A stretch of DNA of 64,000 bases from Hyaloraphidium curvatum SAG 235-1 (lineage: Eukaryota; Fungi; Monoblepharomycota), in contig JAIVFI010000015.1 of NCBI GenBank assembly GCA_025558095.1, positions 496,001-560,000 on the forward strand. The letters run 5' to 3'. A model generated the notes under the pieces. That model searched no databases, was not told the origin of the DNA, and saw only the letters and a program-made list of their open reading frames with translations. Positions within the stretch are counted from its first letter, which is position 1; every line of letters begins with the position of its first letter. The translations under genes were made by a program, and so were the position numbers. Shown piece by piece: positions 39,376 to 49,321 of this stretch.

Positions 39376-39572
39376 TAGTGCGCGGCGGGGTATACATCGG
39401 AATCTAGAGAAAAACTCTCGAGACCGGGCATAGATAGGGTATGGGTATCGAGCCGCGCCTAATTGTTGCCCAGCAACTCCCTCTTTCCCCTTTCCTCCTT
39501 CGGGGCAGAGGCAGCTGGGCGAACGTTAAGGTGTGGAAGGGGACCGAAAGGTCGGGTGGTGGTGCTCGAGGG
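39376..39572 (-). ncRNA. Candidate omegaRNA scaffold / element right end of Fanzor A
   Basis: Directly follows the Fanzor A stop. Hairpins GACC-tttc-GGTC and GCCCAGC...GCTGGGC; GCGCGG complementary to CCGCGC next to the terminal GCACTA. Confidence 0.6.
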
Positions 39573-42500
39573 TCACGGGCGCTCGAGGCCAGCAGGCCTG
39601 TCGTTTGGGTCGTAGGTGTGGTTCTGTAGCCAGCGTGCCATGGCATGCTTGAAGATGCGGAGCATGTTGATGGCAGCGTTCTGGTCTCGACCCACGCACG
39701 CCAGGTTGCAAGGCCCGTGGTAGCACCACCTGTCACCCCTGCGACGAGCAAGGAGGATCAGGATACGGCAAGGGAAGAAGCAGGAGCGCGTCCGACACGT
39801 ACCACGGTTTGAACGTCGGTATCGACATCGGTGGGTGGAAGGGGGTGGGCTGCCGTCGGCGCTTGCGCTGGCTGCGGTTGTCGAGGCACCTGCGCGTATC
39901 GAGCATCACCGTCCCGCACTTGTGGTGAGTCTTGGAAGTGCGGAACTCGTTGAACAAGATCGGGAGCACGTTGTCCCTCCTCTCGAACTCGTTCACGAAC
40001 CGGCGGAGAGAAGCGCGCATGTGCCCCTTGATGTACTTCATCGATCCCGTCTTGGTCGAGCCCAACGAGATGATGAAGTGCACGGGCTTCTTGGGCGGTC
40101 CCGGGCCGTGCTCATCGGCCATGCGCTCCCGCCGCTCCTTCCGCTTCCGCTGCTCTTTGCGCTTCCGGTTCTTGCGCTGCGTCCTCGTCAGGGCGAGCTT
40201 CGGCGTCCCGGAGACCTTCATGGCAAGCAGCTCGTCCACCATCCGGATCACGCCGATCTGCGCCCCGCGGTAGTTCTCCAGCTTGTGCCGGGCAAACTTC
40301 CACTCGAACTCGACCATCTCGTCGAGGTGCTCCAGCCGGTACTCGGCCCGCTCGCGCACGCGCTGGTAGTCCGTCTGCCGCTTCGATCCGATCCCGTTGT
40401 AGATGTCTGCCATAGAGCGCCCGGCGGGATCGTAAAGCGACGTCGGATCGCCCGGCGGCTGCTGCGTCGGCAGGTCCTGGCTGGCCTGCCAGTTCCTGTT
40501 TGCGTTGCGCTGCGTGACGCCGATCTCCGAGAACCAGCGCTCCGGAGAGATCGAAAAGAAACTGTACTCGGGAGTCCCGTCCGAATGGACACCGCCCGTC
40601 TCCGACGCACACGTCAGTATGGTGTCGATGCCGGGATCGGCGCCGATCTCGCGGACGTCGATCTCGCCCGCGTCCTGTCGCTGGTAGAGCACCTCTGCCT
40701 CCTTGAGCGCGTCCACAGTCATCTTGCGGTTCGCTTCGGCGGCCCTTGCCCGTCTCGCAACGTCCTCGTCCTCGTCGCCCATCCCGTCGACGGCCCGCAC
40801 CTGGCTCGCGTCGTAGACGACCTTCGGCACAATCTTCTCGAACTTTACCGAGACGGCCACGCTGTCGCTCGCGATCGAGAAGGCAAAGGATCGAGGCACG
40901 TTCTTGTACTTGCTCTTGTCGCCGTCAGAAATGAGGTCGTTGATTTTGAACAGCCTCGGCCACGCTTCCCTCAGATGCGGCGAGGTTCGCTGGATGACAA
41001 AGTTGCCGTGGAAGAAGGTGACCTCGAAGTCACGGTACCGCTGCGGAAACAGCCGCTTCCACCGCTTCAGCAGCTCCCCGATGCACCGGTCGCTAGCAAT
41101 GTCGATGTGCTTGGGGGTTGTCGAGTACAAGGGGAGGATCGGCGAGGTGGGCGGCTCCGGATCGTTCCAGTTCGCCGGCCGCGGATCGGGCGGCGGCCGA
41201 GGCACAAAGGAGGCCGCGATCATGTCGTTCGTCCGCCGAATGAACCGCAGAAGGCGGTTCCAGTCATCGGGCGCGCCGTCCATCCCGTTGTGGACGATCT
41301 GCATGTGCCTCCGGATAGCATCAAGGATGAATGTTAGGAGCCGAGCCGTCCGCGCCGGATCCAAGGCCATCTGCGTGATGCCGCCCATCGATCGGAACTC
41401 CCACGTGCAGGCGCCGTTCGTGTTGACGAGGTTCCGGAGGCGCGCGACCGTCAACAGTTGAGGAGAGCCCGCGATGCCGATCTGGACCGAGTTCTCGATC
41501 TGGTGCGCCTGATTGTAGGTCCCCGTAATGTGGCGCATCAGCTTCTCCACCTCCCCCTTCCTATCGTTCCGGAACTGCTTTTGGACGGTCGGCAGAATGT
41601 CCGTGAGCGTCTCTTCGAACCAGAGCTTGTACTCTCCCTCTTTCGCGACGTAGAGGGAACGGTAGCGCGCGACGAGTTGGAGAATCTCTCGGATCAGGAG
41701 CACGGGCAGCAGAAATCGGCGTCCACGCCGCATTCCTGGCGTCTTGTACTCGTACTCGATCGGCTGATTGGCCTGGATGGCGGCGTTCATGCGGGCTTCG
41801 GTGATGAACCTATTGCCTCCATCTCCCGCTCCTTCGTTCCCGCTGAACGAGTAGATCCGAAGCTCCTTGCGGCGCGAGTGGGCTGCGGTGTAGCGGCTGT
41901 CGCGGAGGGCTGTGAGCCTCGTCTTCGGCAGCGCGACCGGTTGTCCATGCCCGTCTTCCGCCACTTCATCGTCGTCCAGGTCGAGGTCAACGCCCGCCGC
42001 CGGAGCGCCTCCTTCTGCCTGCGCCGGTTGTCCCTGCGCGGCCTGTCCCTGCGCGTTCCCCGGGTCCTCCTGCCCCTGCTGGGCCTCCGGCTGCTGTGCG
42101 GGCGCGGGAAGCCTCGGAAGCTCCGCCACCGTCTGCCACTGCAGCAGCGCAAAGTCCTGCTCGAAAGCGGTCTTGAAGTTGCGGTTGCACGCGCCCTTGA
42201 GGTACAGGTCGATGTTGTTCTCGTACTGTTTGTACGAGGAGTTGAATATCTGCGAGCACTCTTCCGAAAAGAAGCTGGGGACCATCCGGTAGGGCAGATT
42301 CTCTCCATCCTCGGCCTCGTTGACCGGGGCCGCGTAGAAGACGGGATACGAGAACCTGAGGCCGTCCTCGTAGGCGTCTGCGTGCTCCTCGTCCGTCGCG
42401 ATTAGCAGCTCCTTGACGGCCGGGTTCCGAACGATCGACGCGTCCGCCAGCTGCTTGCCGAGCCAGATCCTGATCGAGTGCACGAGGAAGGGCAACTGGG

Positions 42501-43179
42501 CCGCCAGCGAGGGCGAGCGGATCACGCGGAGCTCGCCCGTGACGACGAGCATCAGGATGCGGAACAGCAGCGTCTGGTCCAGCGCGGGAAGCCTCTTGTC
42601 CCAGTCCAGCCAGAGGGTGACCGCGTTCTCCAACAGCCAGCACGCGGCCACGCCACATTTGGTGAATTCGTCGGCAAGGGAACGGAAGACGGGAATCAAA
42701 GAAAGGTCGGCGCAGAGTGACTCCATGGAGGTCTTGATCGTGCTCATGACGGTCTTGACGTTCTCAATTCCCGCGGCCTCAGCCTTCTCCAACGTCTCCT
42801 TCTTGCCGGCTGCACGCGCCGACGGCTTGTGATTGGGGCACAACAGACTGTTGCTCCGCTGGTGATCCGTGCGACCACATGACGGGCACGACTTCACCGG
42901 AACTGCAGGCTGTTGAGCGGCGGGCGGCGGCTGCGCGGCAGGGGCGGCGGGCGGCGGACCTGAAGGTTGCGCAAGGCCTTGCGGCGGGGAAGCAGCGCCT
43001 TGGCGCTGCAGGTGGAGGGGAATTGGAAGACCGGGCGGGGGCCCGATGTCGCCACGGGTCAGAGGTTGCCCGAGATGAGCCGGAACAGGTAATCCCGGGG
43101 CATGCCGTCGAGCGGGAGGGGTTTGCTGCGAAGAGGAAGCAGATGTCAGGATGATTCGCGGGCTTGCAGTGCAGGCCAC
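39573..43179 (-). CDS. Fanzor1 (eukaryotic TnpB-like RuvC nuclease), copy A, about 1180 aa or more
   Basis: CPSCGRTDHQRSNSLLCP knuckle, STIKTSM, SIASDSVAVSV, RuvC-I IGADPG, RuvC-II NEFRTSK. Intron 39739-39802 joins KPW to GDRWCYHGPCNLACVGRDQNAAINM (RuvC-III). True start may lie in upstream exons, for example ATG 43894 (MPPRKR). Confidence 0.9.
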
Positions 43180-45581
43180 TTCACCAGAGGCACGTCGTCA
43201 CTCGGCTCCCTCTTCCTTCCCGACCGACCCCCGGCGAAGCCTCCTTGCTCGTCATCCATCATCTGCGGACGACGAACGTGAGAAAATGCGAAAGAAAGGA
43301 GAACTTCACACGCACTTGGTCCAGTCCGTCGAAAGCTTCCCCCATCTCTTCGTCCAGAACCCGCCCGTCCTGCGGCTCGAAATCAGATCGGGGTGCCAAT
43401 GCAACTCGACTCCATGTTACTCGCCGGCATCGTCGCTCTGTCCGACGGACTTGCGCCCTCCGGAGCTGCTCCGCGACGAGACGCCAGATCTGGAAAAAAA
43501 TGAGCAGAGCAAAGCCAGAGTTTGCAGACCAACGCATACTCTGTCCACGAGCTCTTCGACCCCGTGTGGTCTGCCGTGCAGGAGGCGATGCGGCGATGGC
43601 GGGCATCGGCGCCGGAGCTCCTGGCTGGGCGACGCGGCCCCGGGTCGCTCCACGACGGGCAGCCCGGCCACCGCGACCCCCGCGGGCCCCTGCTGAGATC
43701 TCTGGATGATTTCCGATGCCCGCCGCATCGGGAGTTGCTTCCGCCGCGGCTTGGGGGGCACCCTGCGCGGCGTCGTCGGCCGCGCCGCCGCCGCGTCCCC
43801 GGCCGCGTCCGCGCCCTCTGGCTGCTCGGGGCGCTGCCGCACTGCTGTTGCCACCCGCCGGCGTGGCGGCGTCCGCTCGCTTCCGCGGTGGCATTGTTGT
43901 TGCAGTATCGTGACGTCGGTGATGATTGCGTAGTCCGAGCACAAAATCAAACCCAGCGCGGGTGATGGACGCGCAGGCCCTTACAGCTCCAAACCGGTGC
44001 GACGGCGCGTTAAGTGCCGTGCAACAGCTCCACAACCGCCCGCCGCTAGGCTTGCCCTCCCTGCTCTCCCTAGTTGCGGGGTTCACCAGCCCGTGACCGG
44101 GGGTCCGACGCGCTCAGACCGGCGAGCGGGATCGGACTCCCGCGTCCCCGCGAAAGCTCCCTGCACCGAAACGTAGAGGCTGGGAGATTGAACGCCAAGG
44201 AACTCGCGCTCGATTCCGCTCTTCTTTCGATTCGGCTGCCAGCTTTGAGGGGACTCCCGCCAGACCTTCGCCGCATTGTCCTCGCGCCGGCGGATGTCAG
44301 CGCGGCTCCAGATACCCGCGGGCAAAGCAATTTTGTCCTTTGAGCTCGAGAGGAGGATAGACGCGACCACAGGACCTCCGTTGCTTCCAATGTTTCGGCG
44401 AGGCGAAACGGTCAAGCAACCAACCGATGCGGTGCAGGATCCTCAGCATTGGCCCCTGAGCGGCCGAAATCCTCCTCGAATCGTTTTTCCTCGCGACATA
44501 CTGGGAACTAGGCCACCTTTCTGCGGAATGCCTGCGGTGGCAGGTCGCGGAAAGGAAGTTCCATGTTTCGACGGTACCGCGGGGCTTCGGCCGTCGTATC
44601 GGCGGTGATCGGGCGCAAAAAGGAGCCGCGCCGTCGGCATCGTCTTCCAAGATGCGTTTGGCGCCGTCTAGGTGCCATTCCAACGGAGATGCGTTTGCAG
44701 GTTGAGGTGCTTCGTGAGCGTGTTCGTGGGGGCGGTCGGCAAAGTCAAAATCAAACATCAGAAGTCTCCGGTTTCCGATCTCTTCATGTACGGCCAGGCC
44801 AATGCATCTGGAGAAACTAGCATGGGCCCATACTTTGGACATGTTGTCTTCACAACCCCCCGTGGCCCGAGTCGCGTCGTCCCGTTCCGATCTGACCTGT
44901 GGACGCCAACTTCAAGCTAAAATAGCAGGTCAACGACCGACTGCTGCACCTTCGATTCGCATTCTTGTGACGCCTGGAGCACGTATGGCAAAGAGTCAGT
45001 ACAGATAAGCAGGGCGCGTGCGTCGAACGCTTCGAACGATGCCCGGAGCGGGCAGGAAAAATCCGCAAGCGGCTCAGAAAGACGTGCTTCAGGATACCAC
45101 CTCAAGCATGCAATGCAAGCGTCATACCGTCCGCGTTCCAGACTTATTTGGTCACGATCGTCGCAAGAGTGGGTCGCAGGGACCGTAGCCTATTCCGCAG
45201 CAGCACGATGGCCTCCCCGACGGTGCCGCCGACGACAAGGAACATCACGGGCACAGTTGTGTTGCAGTCTCGCCACCAACTTCCACGATGCTTCTGACAT
45301 TGCATGTGAGACCGCAGCAGCGAGGAGGGTACCCTCACAAGGTGCAACGGCCCCAAATCAGAGGCTGCCATGCAGGCACTGGAAGGACAGCTTGGCCAAT
45401 GGAGACGGAGACAAAGGTGCGGGGCCGCCACCCTTTGAGATTCAGGCAGCAATGAGACGCTTTGGGACTGGCTCCCGCTGCAATGAGACAGGGCGAATGG
45501 TTGTTGCGTGTCGAGATTCGGAGGTAAGGCGGAAGGTTGGCTGCGTCCGTGGTCCGCGACGACTCCACCAACGGCCTTACC

Positions 45582-45766
45582 CGGTCTACGGCCGCTTCTG
45601 GTCCACTGCCACTGTGAACGGTCTACCGTGGCCGCGAATGGTCCATGGAACCTTGCGATGATCTACTGCGGACTCCGGTGGTCTGCCAAACCTGAAGCGG
45701 TCCACGACTGCGCGAACGGTTCACGGATACCCCAAATGGTCTACGGCGATGCGCAGGTGGTTCACC
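45582..45766. repeat. Periodic array: 10 copies of YGGTCYAC-like motif with variable spacers, period about 20 bp
   Basis: Motif starts at 45583, 45600, 45620, 45640, 45660, 45680, 45699, 45718, 45738, 45759. Confidence 0.75.
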
Positions 45767-45936
45767 ACCGCTGTTTCCGACTCGTGTCGGCATCTTTCAC
45801 GCGGAACAGACATTCCGCCGACCCCAGCGGCCATCTATGGCGCTGCCGCGCGCTCTACGGTGCTCCAGAGTGCGAAGGTACAGGACGTTTTAACTTCTAT
45901 TTCTATCAACTTCAACTAGGGCGAGTCGGCTAAGGG

Positions 45937-45963
45937 CGACTGCGCAGCAGTGCTGCGCAGTCG
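45937..45963. repeat. Perfect 13 bp inverted repeat (hairpin)
   Basis: cgactgcgcagca-g-tgctgcgcagtcg. Confidence 0.9.
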
Positions 45964-45965
45964 GG

Positions 45966-46014
45966 ACGGCGTCGCAACGGCGTCGCAACGGCGTCGACGG
46001 CGTCGACGGCGTCG
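45966..46014 (+). repeat. Tandem repeat ACGGCGTCG(CA) x5
   Basis: Read directly; followed by TATATAAA at about 46028. Confidence 0.85.
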
Positions 46015-46198
46015 ACTCCGCCCTGCCTATATAAAGCGCGGGACATGTAATCGAAGAATCTTGATCGCCTCCAACCCCCACGCACGTACTCTCCGTGTCG
46101 CTTCGGCTTCGGCGTGCAGTCCGCCGAGCCCGCACTCTGAGAGCCCTTGGGACGCCCGTCTCCGGAAACCTTCCGCAACGACTTTCCCCGGCCGTTTG

Positions 46199-49123
46199 CT
46201 AAGTATACTCAGCGCCGTTCGCTAATTCACGTACAGGGCCTCCCTGACCCGAAGAGCCGAGCGGGATTCGCGCGCCGGGTTGGAGCTTCAGGCCCGGTTC
46301 TGACCCGGACCGTCGCAAGAGGGCGGCAAGGAGTCGGGGTCCAAGCTTCGCCCCGCGCGGACCGGAGCGGCAGGACTTAGGAAGCCGGAGATATCCTTCA
46401 AACTGCCGCCTGCCCCGTTCGTCAAGTCTGCTCAGGAAGCGCACGGCCGGATCGCCCGAATCGGGTGAGTAGCCGCTCAGTGTCGCCGCACGACCAAAGC
46501 GATCCGCGACCATTGCCATCTTGGCGCCTACTGATGTGCGGACGAGTCGCAAGACTGCCCGGAGGGAGGGCCAGGCCGCATAGCGCCCGTCTAACGCCCA
46601 CGGCGGGGTGCATGCGCCCGAGGCGTCGGCCGCCCAGTGATCGGACCACTTGTGCCTGAGCCTTTCGATGAAGCACCGGGTTCGGCGCATCTCTGGGCTG
46701 GCTGAGAGCTGTTGGCTGCTCATTAAGGAGAATTGGCGCACGGCGGGTGCGCAGTAGCCGGCCGCAGCATCCACGAGGTCGGAACAGAACTCAATCCAAG
46801 CCTCGTCGCCTCCCGCGACGAGATGACGGACAAGCGCCTGCAGCCTGGCATCGAACTTTTCAGTCGAGTTCATGCCGTCGAGCTCCACGGGGGCAGAGTA
46901 GGAAATGCAGAGGTCGCGCAGGACGGCCGCCAGCTGCGGCCCGAGGCTTTGCGTAAAGGCCACGCGGAGATGGTTCAGGTCGGGCACTTCCGGATCGGAA
47001 TCCACACATCCCTCCTGCCGCTGATGGATGTCCCGAGAACCTTGCGACTCTTCTTGCCCGGACGCCCACGTTTGGTGTGGCCCCAGCAGCAGGTAGCCCC
47101 TCTCGTCGCAGTAGGCTCGCGGCAACTCCAGCACCAAGGCCCTGTAGCAATCTACGGCAAAGCGGATGCGCTGGGGTGCCCTTGATCGCGTGTATGGACG
47201 GCTGCTGACAGGCTTGCCCTCCACCAGGTAGGAGCAGAACCGGTCGAGATGCTTCTCCGAAATCAGAGCCAGCCGGCGCAGCACGTTCCCATCCGGCGCG
47301 ATGCGGGCATCGATAAGGGCGCGGTGGAACCTCCCCATCCACGGGTTGCGGCCCAGCTTGATCACATCGGTCACCAACCAGGCAAGGTCGAGTTCGCGGG
47401 GCAAGGAGCGGAACGAGTCGCAGATCCCCACAACAGCAGCCGCATGAAAGAAGGGAGAAGCGACGCAAGGACAGTGCGACGCTAAAGTAGGTGCAAGCGA
47501 CCCCGAGATGGGAGCTGTGTCGGCATCGGCATGCCGTTCAGGCCCCGCAGAGTCGGCCGCTGCGGCAACGGGGCGGACATCCGACAAAGGAACAGGCAAT
47601 GTGCCCAAAGAAAGGAGCCCTTCGGCGGCAACGAGCCGGGTGTATTCGGCCGCGCTGGCCTTGAAACAGTGATGGAAAATCTTCGAAAGATCCATGTCCG
47701 CGACCGCATCCACTGCGCGCTTGATCGAGGCGATGAGCTCCTCCTGCGTGGACGGGCAATCGGCCCTCACGCGGTGCTTGGTCATGGCAAAGAAGATCTC
47801 TGCGGGATTGAACTGCGGCGTGCGACGGTCCGGGCCAAGCCGGGCCTATTTCGGCTCTAGCCGGACGCGCAGTTGCGTGCCACTGCTCACGGGTCGCACG
47901 CCCGATTGATAGGCCTTCACTTGGTTAGTTTGCCGGGGTTGAATAGACTTAGCTCCGATGGTCTCCGGTTGCGGTTGCGGAAGGTTTCTCAGAAGGGGAC
48001 TCCGGTCACAGAACTCGGGCTCCGCAGTCAAGCGAAGACCGGACTCCGAACGGTGCGTCTTCCGAGCGGAACGGTTACTTCGGTACGACTTCGAACCCCT
48101 TTCAAGACTACATTCGCGCTGCTTATATATTCCCCCTGGAGGCTGGTGACGCCATGGCCATGGCCATGGCCCCGGGGCCCACGCCTTGGCCCCGGCTGCG
48201 CCTCCTCTATGCCCCGCCTATGCGATGCGGTTGATATGGAAAGTGTCCCCAGATAGGAAAATGTTAACCCAGGCGGCCCGTGCCGCCACAGGCGACTGGG
48301 GCCTCATGTAGGCGAGCGAAAGGTTGTTGGCGGAAGCCACCTCCCTCACCGCCTTAAACGAATTAGTGTTGGAGCAGTCGCGGTAAGTAACGGTGCCGTC
48401 GCGGGCCTTGCGCTTCAGCAGTGGCGGTCCGTGGAACCCGGCATTGTCAGCAATCACCGTCAGGGGCGCCGCCGCCCTTTCGGCGCCGCTCTCGCTGCTG
48501 GTTACCGTCCTGAGGAAGCCCACGAACCGATCGTTGTCCGTGGTTCCGTTGTGGATGATGTACGACACCACGCAGCCCCGGTAGTTGCCAGGCCTGGGCA
48601 CGGCAGAGATGCACACCCGTCGTCTTGGTACCCCTGTGCAGCGGTCTCTCGACGACTGCTTCGTCGCCCTTGCGCGCGTAGCCGTACCTGGGCCCATCGT
48701 TCAGGTAGAACCCCGACTCGTCCAGCGCGGCCCTGTTGGCCGGCTCGCTAGCGAGAATCTGCTCGTGGAAAGCAATGTGCCTCTCCAGCTGCGCCGCAGC
48801 CTCGGAGCTGACGTATCTGACCTTCTTCCGCACGATGCCCTGCCTCCGCAGCACCGTAGAGACGTGTTGCTGACTGACGGGCACACCGAACCTGGTTCAA
48901 AGTCCTTCGCCAGTCGCGCCTGGGTGACCGTGACGCGCTCCAGGGCCTCCTTGGCTAACCATGCGGCCCGTTCAGGAGTGACCTTAGAGCTGGCTGGCGC
49001 CCGGCGGGGCTCCTTTTCCTGCGGGACAGCAGCTGCTTCGGCCTGCCAGCGGAAGAGGGTGCTGCGATTGATGCCAAAGAAACTGCATATGTTCGGGACG
49101 GGGATTTCGAGCCCGTTCTTCAT
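46199..49123 (-). pseudogene. Decayed IS630/Tc1-type DD57E transposase with long C-terminal extension (paralog of 54369-57626)
   Basis: HTH (GINRSTLFRW), ALDESGF, IADNAGFH, and RPQSP/QFNPAE once the solo LTR is removed. Frameshifts near 48890 and 48615. Confidence 0.85.
47821..48290 (-). mobile_element. Solo LTR (470 bp)
   Basis: TG...CA termini with imperfect inverted ends (12/16 match), 4 bp duplication GGCG at 47817-47820 and 48291-48294, internal TATATAAG on minus. Removal restores the transposase SPQFNPAE motif. Confidence 0.8.
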
Positions 49124-49135
49124 GCCGAGCGAACA

Positions 49136-49321
49136 TAGCTACACTCTCAGAAACTGCTACTGTGCCCCCTGTGCCGCAATCCTTTGCGGCCTAGCAGCAA
49201 TGTTCATCATCGAGCCTGCGAATAAAAGGCGGTCCCTGACGGACTCCACCTCGATCAAGCAAATGCAATGGCGCCCACGTGGTGCATGGCACGCCAACTT
49301 GTAACTGTTTCCGCGGCCAGG
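49136..49321 (-). ncRNA. Candidate omegaRNA of Fanzor B
   Basis: Follows the Fanzor B stop; hairpins tggcg..cgcca, aggtgg.gtcc..ggac.cgcct, gccgcaa-agga-ttgcggc; shares GGCTCGAT with the Fanzor A downstream region. Confidence 0.35.

Noticed and set aside
39147-39407. 86 aa ORF with a hydrophobic stretch
   Set aside because: Spans the predicted element boundary and PBS2 upstream region; no coding signature.
44000-45550. Possible degenerate gene (LLMFDFDFAD, primase- or HAD-like DxD)
   Set aside because: Single short motif, stops in all frames and no consistent exon chain.
45582-45766. CRISPR array
   Set aside because: Repeats (about 8 bp) and spacers (about 12 bp) are far too short, the context is eukaryotic and there are no cas genes; kept as an unexplained periodic array.
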